A DNA stretch of 64,000 nt from Candidatus Multivoradales bacterium. GTDB lineage: Bacteria > Acidobacteriota > Thermoanaerobaculia > Multivoradales > JAHEKO01. A program made the translations under genes and the position numbers. Of the stretch, positions 25,321 through 34,742 are shown piece by piece. Position 1 is the stretch's first letter, and each line of letters starts with the position of its first letter. The stretch spans positions 256,001 through 320,000 of the forward strand of contig CBDCVR010000015.1 of the NCBI GenBank assembly GCA_965223155.1, written 5' to 3'. The notes under the pieces were generated by a model. It had not been told where the DNA came from and ran no database searches. It saw only the letters and a list, made by a program, of their open reading frames with translations.

Positions 25321-27102
25321 CTAGTCGCTCTCTCCTGGATGTCTCATGAGGCGAAATCCGCGTACCGCCAGGTAGGCGATCAGTAGAATCAGTGGCAGAA
25401 AGCTGAGGGACCTGACGCTACCGGTGAGGCTCCAGGGCACGCCCGACGCGATTCGGCTCCAGAAGTTGAGTCCCAGCAGGATCAAGGGCACGGCGAGCGC
25501 AATCACCGCCGCTGGCCAACGCCCCGTCTCGCCCTCGAAGAACCCCGGCAGCAAAGTCCGGCGCAGTGTCTCGAACGGCTCGGCGAACCACGACGGCTCG
25601 ATGCGGCGGGAGCGGTTCCCGCTCCGGCGCGCGATGAAGTACAGCCCAATCGCCAGCAGTGCGAAGACAAAGACGAGCGGCAGCGACATCGTCCGCCGCC
25701 AGAAGGTCGTCAGATCCCGTTCTGCATCGCGCTCACTCCAGACGGAGGTCAGCTCCCGACGGACTTCCTTCATCCGGGCGAAGCCGCCGCCGGCCATGAC
25801 GACTCGGTTGTCCTCCTGCCGCCGGATCCACTCCGCGACCCGCTCCGAATCAATCTCGCTTGCCGACCGAAGCGCGGTCTCGGACTCGTCAAAACGATAC
25901 TTCTCGGACAGGGCCCGGCTCAGGACAAAGAGCGTCTCGGGCGTCGACCGGTCCAATTCGGTCGCCTGGCGCAAGCGCTGAATCGCCCGGTCCAGATCTC
26001 CCTCGTAGAAGAGGCAAGTGCCGAGGTTGCCAATCGCGGCGGCGTTTTCCGGCTCCGCCGAGAGCACCCGGTTGTAGTGCTGTCGGGCCAGCTCCCACTG
26101 GTGCATCCGCAGGTGCAGATCAGCCAAGAAATGATCCGCGGCCGGGCTGCCGTCCAAGTCTTCGACCAGGGGCGCCAGGTCGTGGAAGAGAGTGCCGGTC
26201 AACCGCCCGTCGACGACGTTCTGCATGGCCCGCACACTCGGCGTCGAAGCGCTTCGCATGCGATTGAGCTGGGTTTCGACGAGCAGCGGAACCAAGCTCA
26301 CGAAGAGCCAGACTCCAACCAGGGCGGCGCGCTCCCACCGACTGCCGTACCCCCAGACCAGGAGAGACCAAAAAAGCGCCAACCAGAGCAGGCCGGAGGG
26401 CAGGAGAACCGGCCACAGCAAGAGCGCCGCGCACAGCACGTGCGCCACCCAGGACGGTACCGAGCGAGAAAAGAACCGCACCACGTCCCGGAACAGGAGG
26501 ATGCCGCGGGTCGCCCACTGAACCGCCACGAAGGCTCCCGCGACCAGGGTCAGCATGGTCAGCGACCAGAAGAGCGCGTCCCCGATCAGCGACTGGCGAT
26601 AGAGCGGCTGCGCCAGGGTCCGCACCCACGCCCGCGCTTGCCAGAGCAGTGCCTCGAGACCGCTGCCTTCAGCCCGAACCAAGGACGCGCGAACCACGGC
26701 CACCTCCGGAGTGCCAGGGTCGAGCCGTTCCGCCATCTCGACGGCGGCACGGGCTTGCTCAAGGCTTCCGGCCCGTACCAGCCGGTCCCCGGCGGCAGCG
26801 GCGGCGACCGCGAGCTGCGGCAGCCGCGCCATGTCGATCACCGTGGCGGCGGCGAGCAGATCCTCGCCACTGCGTCCGGCCCGGGCCAAGTCGCCTTCCT
26901 GAGCCGCCGCCAACCAGTCGATCCAGGTCTCCTGAATGCGCTGGAGGCGCTGCCGCATCTCCTCGCGCAAGGGCACGCTGCCTTCGGTCTGCGCGCTCAG
27001 CCCAACGGGCGCCACCACCAGCAGCGCCAACAGCAGCGCGGCCACCAGCGCGCTCGGCAACCAGGCAATGGCGCGGCGCGACCTTGCGGCAACCCGAGAC
27101 AT
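25321..27102 (-). CDS. TPR-containing membrane protein
   Basis: Signal peptide, several TM helices and TPR-like repeats (ARQHYNRVLSAEPENAAAIGNLG...AIQRLRQA). Confidence 0.8.
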   Translation of the reverse strand: MSRVAARSRRAIAWLPSALVAALLLALLVVAPVGLSAQTEGSVPLREEMRQRLQRIQETWIDWLAAAQEGDLARAGRSGEDLLAAATVIDMARLPQLAVAAAAAGDRLVRAGSLEQARAAVEMAERLDPGTPEVAVVRASLVRAEGSGLEALLWQARAWVRTLAQPLYRQSLIGDALFWSLTMLTLVAGAFVAVQWATRGILLFRDVVRFFSRSVPSWVAHVLCAALLLWPVLLPSGLLWLALFWSLLVWGYGSRWERAALVGVWLFVSLVPLLVETQLNRMRSASTPSVRAMQNVVDGRLTGTLFHDLAPLVEDLDGSPAADHFLADLHLRMHQWELARQHYNRVLSAEPENAAAIGNLGTCLFYEGDLDRAIQRLRQATELDRSTPETLFVLSRALSEKYRFDESETALRSASEIDSERVAEWIRRQEDNRVVMAGGGFARMKEVRRELTSVWSERDAERDLTTFWRRTMSLPLVFVFALLAIGLYFIARRSGNRSRRIEPSWFAEPFETLRRTLLPGFFEGETGRWPAAVIALAVPLILLGLNFWSRIASGVPWSLTGSVRSLSFLPLILLIAYLAVRGFRLMRHPGESD

Positions 27103-27114
27103 GACCTGATGCCG

Positions 27115-27603
27115 CTAGCCCTGCTGCTTCTCGACGAAGCGCATGCGCAGGTTATAGAGAAGATCCTGGAGGGCCTGCGACTCCTGGGCCGTCCGGTTGC
27201 CCTCGGTCTTGCGCTGCAAGACCTCGATGAGGTCGATGTAGAACCGGGCAGCTTCCAGGTTCTCAGCCGAGCCGCCGTCGGGAAGCGCCGCGTCGCCCAG
27301 CAACAAGGGCAGCGGATCCGCCAGAACTGCGACCAGCTCGAGCAGTCCGGGGCCGGGGCCGGGCGCTTCAGGCTCCTGAGTCGTAGCGGCGCTCGGTTCC
27401 CCCGTCGCCGGATCCACGATCCGGGCAGGCCCGGACGGTTCTTGCGCCCGCCCCGCTCCGGCCGGAGCTCGAGACGCCGTACCCGCCGAGCGCGACGGTG
27501 CCACATCCTCGGCCGCTGCGCCTGGATCCTCGAGCTCTCGGCGCAATTCACCCTCGGCAGTGAACATGCGCTTGTCGGTTACCTTGAATTCGCCTTCGGA
27601 CAT
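27115..27603 (-). CDS. DUF1844-domain protein
   Basis: FKVTDKRMF at the N-terminus and NLEAARFYIDL..L..KT.GN.T..E...L..LL..LRMRFV. Confidence 0.85.
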   Translation of the reverse strand: MSEGEFKVTDKRMFTAEGELRRELEDPGAAAEDVAPSRSAGTASRAPAGAGRAQEPSGPARIVDPATGEPSAATTQEPEAPGPGPGLLELVAVLADPLPLLLGDAALPDGGSAENLEAARFYIDLIEVLQRKTEGNRTAQESQALQDLLYNLRMRFVEKQQG

Positions 27604-27675
27604 CGGCCAGCCTCGCGGCAATCGTAGCGCAAGGCGTTTCCCGAGGTCCAAGGTACGATCGGCCGGGATCCGACC

Positions 27676-28506
27676 ATGACCGATCGCCTGGCCAAGCTCG
27701 AACAATTGGTGGATCGGCTCCGCGGGCCCGACGGCTGCGCCTGGGATCAAGAGCAGGACCTTCCCAGGGTGCGCAGCTATCTCCTGGAAGAGGCTCACGA
27801 GGTCGCGGCCGCCATCGACGCCGGCGATCGCGGAGAGGTCACCGAAGAGCTCGGCGACCTTCTGTTCCAGATCGTGTTCGTGGCTCGGTTGCTGGCCGAG
27901 GCCGAGGCCTTCACGCTGGACGAGGTGATCGATCGGGTGCACGGCAAGATGGTCGAACGACACCCCCATGTCTTCGGCTCCGAGCGCATCGACAGCGCCG
28001 ACGGCGTCAACCGTGCCTGGGAGCGGGGCAAACGCTCTCGCCGGGGAGCGGCGCATGCTTCGGCCTCGGCATTGGACGGGCTGCCTCGGACCCTGCCCGC
28101 CCTCGTCACGGCACTGCGCCTGTCACAAAAGGCGGCCGGGGCCGGATTCGACTGGTCCTCCGCCGACGAGGTCCTGACCAAGCTGGATGAGGAACGGCGC
28201 GAGCTCGACCTGGCGCGGCAGCGGCAGAACGCCGACGAGACCGCCGAAGAGATCGGGGACCTTCTGTTCGTTCTGGCCAACCTGGCCCGCAAGCTCGGCG
28301 TCGACCCGGAGGCGGCGCTGCAGGCAGCCAATGGCAAGTTCCGGCGCAGGTTCCGCGGGCTGGAAGAGCTCGCCGGGGGAGAAGTCCCCCTCGCCGATCT
28401 CGGTGCCGGCGAGCTCGAGCGGCTCTGGAACGAAGTCAAGGCCCGGGAGCGACGATCGGCTCCCGCGGGCTCGGTGTCTCCTGAATCGGCCGATTCGGGA
28501 AACTAG
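27676..28506 (+). CDS. mazG: Nucleoside triphosphate pyrophosphohydrolase MazG
   Basis: LR...GC.WD.EQ, LEEAHEV, EELGDLLFQ, RHPHVF, GFDW, EEIGDLLF and AN.KF.RRF. Confidence 0.96.
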   Translation: MTDRLAKLEQLVDRLRGPDGCAWDQEQDLPRVRSYLLEEAHEVAAAIDAGDRGEVTEELGDLLFQIVFVARLLAEAEAFTLDEVIDRVHGKMVERHPHVFGSERIDSADGVNRAWERGKRSRRGAAHASASALDGLPRTLPALVTALRLSQKAAGAGFDWSSADEVLTKLDEERRELDLARQRQNADETAEEIGDLLFVLANLARKLGVDPEAALQAANGKFRRRFRGLEELAGGEVPLADLGAGELERLWNEVKARERRSAPAGSVSPESADSGN

Positions 28507-28512
28507 GTCGAT

Positions 28513-28529
28513 CGGGCCGGCTCGGCCCG
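28513..28529. terminator. GC hairpin between convergent genes (possible terminator)
   Basis: CGGGCCG-GCT-CGGCCCG with no U-tract. Confidence 0.3.
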
Positions 28530-28530
28530 G

Positions 28531-29727
28531 CTACGCCGCCTTGGCGATAGCCTCTTCGGCAAGAAGCTCGAGTGCCCGCTCCAGAACCGGGTCATCGTCT
28601 TTTTCGGGCTGCGTCTCGCCGGCCCCGGTGCGACCGGCACTGGCCCGCACTTCGACGTCGGGCTCCAGGCGCTCGTTGAGTGGCTGGCCCTCGCGCGCCT
28701 CGTAGAAGGCGTCGGTCAGAAACAACATCGCACCGTTGGCAAGAGTGCGACCGGTCCGGCGCCCGGCGTGGCCGAAGGTCGCACCGCCGACGCGGCGGGC
28801 GCCGAGACGCTCGCCCAGAATCGCCGCGAAGAGCTCGGCGGCGCCCTGCGTCCCACGGTTCGTGAGCACCAGGACTTCCCCGCTCCAGACCGCGGGCCGC
28901 TCCGACGGAAAGGCCTCAATCGCCTCTCCCCGTTTGGCCAGACGCGCCAGCGAGCCGTCGACGAAAAGATCGGCCGCCCGCAAAGACGCGGCGATCTCGG
29001 CGTCCGAACCGCCCGCCGCCCCGCGAAGATCCAGAATCAGGGAACCGCCGGCCGCCTCCGAGCTCAGCAGCTCAGCCAGCGATTCGACCGTACCCTGATC
29101 GAACCAAGAGATACGTACGATCTGCACCCCGTCCTGCTCGAACGCCTCGGTGGCCGAGCCCGGCTCGCCGGCCAGAACGAGCTCGCCTTCATGCTGCTGG
29201 CCCTGACGCAACCACTCGATCGCCAGCACCGTCCCCGGCTCGCCGGCCAGAAGCGTCTGCACCTGCCAGAGCCCCAGCAGCCGGGTCGAGCGACCGTCGA
29301 TCTCGGCCAGGATGTCCCCGGTCTCCAGCCCCAGCTCGGCGCCCGGGCTCTCGGGAGCGACCGCGACGACGTAGAGAATCCCGCGCTCTCGGGCCACGAA
29401 GACGCCGCTACGCGAGCGGCCCACGCCGAGGAAGGCGTTGTACTCGTCGATTCGATCCGCGGGCACGAAGGTGGCCAGAGGATCGAGCGCGTCAACGGTC
29501 CCATCGAAGGCTCCCGTAAACAAGCTGTCCGTGTCGGTCTCGTCCACGTAACGGCTCCGAATCAACGACAGCACGTCGGAGAAGACGGTTACCTCCCGGT
29601 AAAACGAGTCGGGCTCGGCGACGGCGTGACGCAGCGTGCCGGCGGCCACTGGCAGGAGCACCAGGATCGTCGCGAGCACCAGCCACAGCCGCGAACGCCG
29701 GCAGGAAGAGTTGGTCTCGTCCTTCAT
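28531..29727 (-). CDS. S41/CtpA-like PDZ protein with substituted catalytic residues
   Basis: LIRSRYVD, LDP, PDZ (SPG...GL..GD.L..IDG) and LILDLRG. Active-site region reads TQGAAE...TFGHAG. Confidence 0.85.
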   Translation of the reverse strand: MKDETNSSCRRSRLWLVLATILVLLPVAAGTLRHAVAEPDSFYREVTVFSDVLSLIRSRYVDETDTDSLFTGAFDGTVDALDPLATFVPADRIDEYNAFLGVGRSRSGVFVARERGILYVVAVAPESPGAELGLETGDILAEIDGRSTRLLGLWQVQTLLAGEPGTVLAIEWLRQGQQHEGELVLAGEPGSATEAFEQDGVQIVRISWFDQGTVESLAELLSSEAAGGSLILDLRGAAGGSDAEIAASLRAADLFVDGSLARLAKRGEAIEAFPSERPAVWSGEVLVLTNRGTQGAAELFAAILGERLGARRVGGATFGHAGRRTGRTLANGAMLFLTDAFYEAREGQPLNERLEPDVEVRASAGRTGAGETQPEKDDDPVLERALELLAEEAIAKAA

Positions 29728-30848
29728 TGCAACCATTCCTGGGGATCGCGTGGATCGTTCTCAACCCGGATCTCGAAGTACAAGCGGGCCGATACCGTCC
29801 CCAGAACTGTGTCCAAAGCTACCACATCGCCGCGCTCCACCAGCAGCCTGTCGAGGCCCGAATAGAGGGAAAAGACCTGTTCCGGATGGTGCACGACGAC
29901 GGTGCGGCCGAAGTCCTCGAACTCAGCGGCGAAGATCACGGCACCGGCATACACCGCGCGTACCGGCGTGCCCGGAACGGTCTCCACCGTGACCCCGTTG
30001 TGGGGCACTTGCGTGCCATACCGCGGATCCCGGCGGGGACCGAAAGGGACACTCACGGTCCCATCGACCGGCCAGTCCAGGACACCCCGAAAGGACTGGA
30101 TAGGCGGTCCGCCGAGCGGCGCTTCGGCCTGGCCAACCGCGGCCGCGATCAGCAGAGCGAGCCGCCGTTCCCGTTCTCCTAGCGCTCGGGTCCGCCGAGC
30201 CAGGCGTTGCCGCTCCCGCACCAGCGCCTGGGCCACCAGATCCTGACGCCGGCGCGCGTCCCGAAGCTCGTCTAACCGGCCGCGTTCACGCTGAAGAGCC
30301 GCCGCTACGTCCGTGCGATCACGCTCCAGGCGCTCGCGGGTCGCGACCAGCTCGGCCTGCAAGCGACGCACGTGGCGCAGCAGCAGGGCGTCCCGGCGGG
30401 CGAGCCAGCGCAAAGCCCGGACCTGGCCGAAAAGATCTGCCGGGGATTTCACCGTCACGAAGGCCTTCAGCCAGTCGACCGCGGTCACTCGCAGCAACGC
30501 CGCCAAGCGGCGGGCCAGGCGCGACCTGGTCGCATCGCGCTCCATCTCCAATTGCCCGAGCCGCCTCTCACTCTCGGTCAGCGCATCCTCGGCCAGCTCG
30601 CGGCGCAACCGCGCCGCCCGCACCAGATGCTCCTGCCGGCCCACTTCGAGGTCCAGCCGCCGCAGCTCGGCCTCCACCCCGGACCGGCTGCGGCCGACCT
30701 TCTCGAGCTCGCCCTCGAGGCCGGCGATCTCGGCCTGGAGCCGCTCGAGCGCGGCCTCCCGATCCACCGCTCCCTGCGCCGGAACCGCGCCGGCCGCAGT
30801 CCCCACGAGTCCGGCAACCGCCAAACTCAGCAACGTTCGGGGCCTCAT
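29724..30848 (-). CDS. envC: EnvC-like murein hydrolase activator (coiled coil plus degenerate M23)
   Basis: Long coiled coil, LDWPVDG, HNGVT (no Asp), FG.TVVVHH and LYFEIR (no HxH). Confidence 0.85.
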   Translation of the reverse strand: MRPRTLLSLAVAGLVGTAAGAVPAQGAVDREAALERLQAEIAGLEGELEKVGRSRSGVEAELRRLDLEVGRQEHLVRAARLRRELAEDALTESERRLGQLEMERDATRSRLARRLAALLRVTAVDWLKAFVTVKSPADLFGQVRALRWLARRDALLLRHVRRLQAELVATRERLERDRTDVAAALQRERGRLDELRDARRRQDLVAQALVRERQRLARRTRALGERERRLALLIAAAVGQAEAPLGGPPIQSFRGVLDWPVDGTVSVPFGPRRDPRYGTQVPHNGVTVETVPGTPVRAVYAGAVIFAAEFEDFGRTVVVHHPEQVFSLYSGLDRLLVERGDVVALDTVLGTVSARLYFEIRVENDPRDPQEWLQ

Positions 30849-30913
30849 CGGCCGATGCTACGATCATTCCCCGGCCGCCGCGACCGGCACCTAGCGGCAC
30901 CGGCTAAGGAAAC

Positions 30914-32515
30914 GTGCTCTCGTTCTCGCACAGTGGTCCCAACGCCCGCTCGCCCTTGGCCCGCCGGCGGTTGGCCGCCTGTCTGCTGGCTCCCGTAGCT
31001 GCCCTCGCCGCTTGCGGCAGCGATCCAGCACCGCCGGGAAAGCAGCCGCTGGTGCTCGCGATCGAGAACGCACCCACCCATCTGGACCCGCGCCTGGGAA
31101 GCGATCTGGCTTCGGGCCGGGTTTTCGAGCTTGTGCTCAACGGCCTGGTGAAAAAGGACCGTGGCGGCAATCTCGTCCCGGACCTTGCCACGGGCTGGAA
31201 CGTCCTGGACGAAGGCCTGCGCTATCGCTTCTCACTGGTGCCGGGCGTCCGCTTTCACGACGGCCGGCCCTTGACCAGCCGGGACGTCGCGTGGACCTTC
31301 AACTCGATGGTGGACGGCACGGTCACCTCACCCAAGCGGGGTGGCTTCCCCCAACTGGTACGAGTCGATGCCGTTGACGAGACCACGGTCGATTTCGTGC
31401 TGTCGGAGCCCTACGGAGCGCTGTTGACCGAGCTGACTTCTTTTACCGGCATCGTGCCGGACGGCGTCCTCCCCGAAGCCATGAACGAGACTCCCATCGG
31501 GTCGGGCCCTTACCGCGTGATCGAGCGAACGCCAGACCGGCTCGAGCTCGAAGCGTTCGCCGACTACTTCGGACCCGCGCCCCGTACCGCTCGGGTCCGC
31601 CTGCGCGAGGTACCCGACGCGACCGTACGGGCCTTGGAGCTCCGCAAAGGCTCGGTTCATCTCTTGATCAACGCCCTGCCGCCGGACGTCGTTGTCGATT
31701 TCACCGACCAACCGGGTTTCCGGGTGCTGACTACTCCCGGATCGTCGTACCGGTACCTGGGGCTCAACCTCGAAGACCCGGCCCTAGCGGACGCGCGGGT
31801 GCGCCGCGCCATTGCCCACGCCATCGACCGGCCGCGCATCATCAAGAGCCTCTTCCGCAACCTGGGAACTCCGACTGAGACCATGATTCCACCCGGGCAT
31901 TGGGCCCGCCACGAAGACCTCGACCCGATCGCCTTCGATCCGGAGCTGGCGCGCCGGCTTCTGGACGAAGCCGGCCTGCCGGACCCCGATGGCGACGGTC
32001 CCGAGCGTCGCATCCACCTGACCTACAAGAGCTCGACCGACGAGACCGCCCTGCTCCAAGCTCAGATCGTCCAGTCCATGCTGGCGGACGTCGGTATCGG
32101 GATCGACATCCGCTCGTTTGATTTCGCCACCTTCTACAACGACATCAAGCAGGGCAACTTCCAGCTCTTCAGCTTGCGCTGGAAAGGCATCGTGGACCCG
32201 AACATCTACAAGCTGACCTTGCACTCGGCGAGCATCCCGCCCGCCGGCGCCAACCGCGGCCGCTTTCGCAACGCCCGCTTCGATGAGCTGATCGATCAGG
32301 GCGCCCGCCTCTCAGCACCCGAGGAACGGCGCCCAATGTACCTGGAGGCCCAGGAGATCGTCCACCGCGAGCTGCCCTACATCAGCCTCATGACCCACGC
32401 CACCGTGGCGGTCATGAACTGCGCCGTCGAAGGCTACGAAAACTACCCGACCGGCGAGTTCTACGGTCTGCCGGCCGTCGCCCTCGACTTCCAGTCACCC
32501 GGCTGTTCGGGCTGA
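30914..32515 (+). CDS. ABC transporter substrate-binding lipoprotein, family 5 (OppA/DppA)
   Basis: Lipobox LAAC, LDPR, PDLA..W, FHDG.PLT..DV..TF, PIGSGPY and VRRAIAHAIDR. Confidence 0.93.
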   Translation: MLSFSHSGPNARSPLARRRLAACLLAPVAALAACGSDPAPPGKQPLVLAIENAPTHLDPRLGSDLASGRVFELVLNGLVKKDRGGNLVPDLATGWNVLDEGLRYRFSLVPGVRFHDGRPLTSRDVAWTFNSMVDGTVTSPKRGGFPQLVRVDAVDETTVDFVLSEPYGALLTELTSFTGIVPDGVLPEAMNETPIGSGPYRVIERTPDRLELEAFADYFGPAPRTARVRLREVPDATVRALELRKGSVHLLINALPPDVVVDFTDQPGFRVLTTPGSSYRYLGLNLEDPALADARVRRAIAHAIDRPRIIKSLFRNLGTPTETMIPPGHWARHEDLDPIAFDPELARRLLDEAGLPDPDGDGPERRIHLTYKSSTDETALLQAQIVQSMLADVGIGIDIRSFDFATFYNDIKQGNFQLFSLRWKGIVDPNIYKLTLHSASIPPAGANRGRFRNARFDELIDQGARLSAPEERRPMYLEAQEIVHRELPYISLMTHATVAVMNCAVEGYENYPTGEFYGLPAVALDFQSPGCSG

Positions 32516-32626
32516 GAGAGAGCCGCGGCCCTTGCGAGTCGACAACAACGTCCGCAGGATGCCCGTTCGACCGGCCGCGGCCGACGGAACTTCCTGATTC
32601 CCGGGACCGGCGCAACCGGCCCGGCT

Positions 32627-32971
32627 CTAGCTGACCTCGAAGGAGGCGATCGCCTCCTCCTCGTCGTCGAACACCTCGAAGACGGTGATGAGCTGGGTGA
32701 TCTGCAGAATGTCCGCGACCTTGGGCGGCAGGTCGCAGAGCTTGAGCGCTCCGCCCCCGTTGGTGACGGTCGTGTAGGCGGACACCATCTCCCCGACTCC
32801 CGAGGAATCGATCGTGCTGACCTCTCCGAGGTTGACCAGAATGTGCTTCGAGCCGGCGTCTACCGCCTCGCGCACCGCGTCGCGGAGCGCGACGTCTCCG
32901 GCTCCGATCGTGATCTTGCCCTTGGGCTCCAAAATCGTGACGCCACCAGCGTGGCGAACTGACATTTTCAT
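32627..32971 (-). CDS. STAS-domain anti-sigma-factor antagonist (RsbV/SpoIIAA-like)
   Basis: NL..V..IDSSGVG (phosphoacceptor Ser) and LQITQL..VF. Confidence 0.93.
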   Translation of the reverse strand: MKMSVRHAGGVTILEPKGKITIGAGDVALRDAVREAVDAGSKHILVNLGEVSTIDSSGVGEMVSAYTTVTNGGGALKLCDLPPKVADILQITQLITVFEVFDDEEEAIASFEVS

Positions 32972-33412
32972 CTATGAATCCTCCTTCAGTCCCGGATCGG
33001 AGGAATACCGCTTCGTCAACCGAACCTCGGTACCACCGTCCTCATGGAAAGTGTAGTCGATCTCGTCCATAAATTCCTTCATGAACAGCAAACCGCGTCC
33101 GCTCGTCTGCATCAAATTGAGCGGCGCGCACGGATCGGGGACCTCTTCGAGGTCGAATCCGTTGCCCTCGTCGGTCACTGTGACCACGAGCTCGTCGTCG
33201 GCCACCTCGAGGCGCAACGCGACCTTCTTGTGTTGGATCGAATCGTTGCCGTGCTCGATGGCGTTGACCACCGCTTCCCGCACCGCCATGCCCACCGCGT
33301 ACGAGATCTTGTCGTCCACCGCCAAGCGGCTCATGGTCTCTTCCAGCACCGCCTGGACCAGATCTACGTTTTCCAGGCTGCTGGGTACGGTGAGCTCGGC
33401 TTCGACGCTCAT
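32972..33412 (-). CDS. Anti-sigma factor Ser kinase (RsbW-like)
   Basis: AVREAVVNAIEHGN, VTDEGNGFD and SGRGL..M..FMD. Confidence 0.93.
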   Translation of the reverse strand: MSVEAELTVPSSLENVDLVQAVLEETMSRLAVDDKISYAVGMAVREAVVNAIEHGNDSIQHKKVALRLEVADDELVVTVTDEGNGFDLEEVPDPCAPLNLMQTSGRGLLFMKEFMDEIDYTFHEDGGTEVRLTKRYSSDPGLKEDS

Positions 33413-34293
33413 AGGACGAGGTCGAGAATTGTAGCAACCGGCAGCTCGACTCCACTCTCGAGAAGATCGATCGCCCGCGGAATAACCACCGTCAACTGCA
33501 AGGCGTCGAAGACCGCGTGGGCGACGACCGCGGCCCAGATGCTCTGCCGCCATCGCACCAGAAAGGCGAAGATCAACGACAGCAGGGTCACCCCCACCAG
33601 CATCAGCGGCTGCTGGTAGCCGGCGTGGGCGAGGACGAAGAGCACGGTCGAGAACAGAACGCCGGATCGCGGCTGGAGAAATCCCCGGAAGAACAGTTCC
33701 TCGAAGATTCCCGCCGAAGCGCTGAGCGCCAGGCGGACCGCCACCGGCAACCCGACCATCCAGGGCACGATCGCCGGCGGCTCTTGCGGCAGGACGTCGG
33801 CTCCTCCCAGAGTCGTGATCAGGAGGCCCAGAATCACCAAGACCGCCAGCACTCCCAGCCAGGCGGCAACCCCGGCGGCGGCACCCAGTCCAATCTCGAC
33901 GGCGGGACGCGCCGCCGCCAACCCGAACTGGCGGCTCCAGCCCGAGCCCGCACCGGAACCCAGACCCCAGAAGCCCAGGAAGTACCAGAGTACTAGAACC
34001 ACCAGCAGCATGGCATGAACCAGAAACAGACTGGGCCAGGCGACGCCGGTCAGGTCCGGAGGCGCCTGACCGATCGTGGCGAGCGGCGCGAAGACCGCGA
34101 TCCAGAAAAGCCCTGCCAAGAGTGCCGCCGCCAGGGCGCGGCGCAGGGCGAAGCTCCAGGCATCTCCCGTGTCGCGCGAAGCGGAGAAGCCGGGAGGCAA
34201 GAGCCCGCGCAATGCCATGCTCCGGTCCAGGTACAGGACGGCCAGCACGGCGAGAACCGCCGGAGCTACGACCTTGATCAGCGCGGCCGCCAC
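33409..34293 (-). CDS. CPBP/Abi-family intramembrane metalloprotease
   Basis: EELFFRG, FVLAH and AHAVFD, with multiple TM helices. Confidence 0.9.
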   Translation of the reverse strand: MAAALIKVVAPAVLAVLAVLYLDRSMALRGLLPPGFSASRDTGDAWSFALRRALAAALLAGLFWIAVFAPLATIGQAPPDLTGVAWPSLFLVHAMLLVVLVLWYFLGFWGLGSGAGSGWSRQFGLAAARPAVEIGLGAAAGVAAWLGVLAVLVILGLLITTLGGADVLPQEPPAIVPWMVGLPVAVRLALSASAGIFEELFFRGFLQPRSGVLFSTVLFVLAHAGYQQPLMLVGVTLLSLIFAFLVRWRQSIWAAVVAHAVFDALQLTVVIPRAIDLLESGVELPVATILDLVL

Positions 34294-34346
34294 GAACTCA
34301 GGAACGACCTGCGGCAGGGAAAGGAGGCTGACGGCCGGGACACGCT

Positions 34347-34616
34347 CTACATCCTCCGCCTGCGCCGGAAGGCCTGCAGGATCGTGCGCGCTTGGGACAA
34401 ACGCATGAGTCTGCGGTTCCGGTCCGTAAGCGCTGGAATGTCTTCCAGGTCGAGCTGCTCACCCCGGATCTCGCGCTGCCGTCGTTCCATCTCGAAGCCG
34501 ATCTTCTGGAGATCAGCGACCGTCATCCGCGCGAAGGTGCGCTCGGTGACCAGGACGTATCCGGCCGCAATGTCCCGGGCCATGGCCCACGCGCTACCTC
34601 CCGGAAAAGCTCCCAT
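34347..34616 (-). CDS. Small hypothetical protein (89 aa)
   Basis: Protein-like C-terminal part of ORF 34347..36041 (MGAFPGGSAWAMARDIAAGY...). TATCAT -10 box 8 nt upstream of the ATG. Confidence 0.7.
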   Translation of the reverse strand: MGAFPGGSAWAMARDIAAGYVLVTERTFARMTVADLQKIGFEMERRQREIRGEQLDLEDIPALTDRNRRLMRLSQARTILQAFRRRRRM

Positions 34617-34742
34617 CACAACGAATGATACTCCAGCCACCGTGCTATGATCGAGGTGGGCTCGCGACCCGATTCGCCCCCTCCGAACACCCATTCCTTG
34701 CAGCCCGCCCGATGGCGTGCTTTGCTCAGCAGGAGGTTCGTC

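Noticed and set aside
29724-30100. Loss of Zn ligands in the M23 domain as a novelty
   Set aside because: This is the expected, established feature of EnvC.
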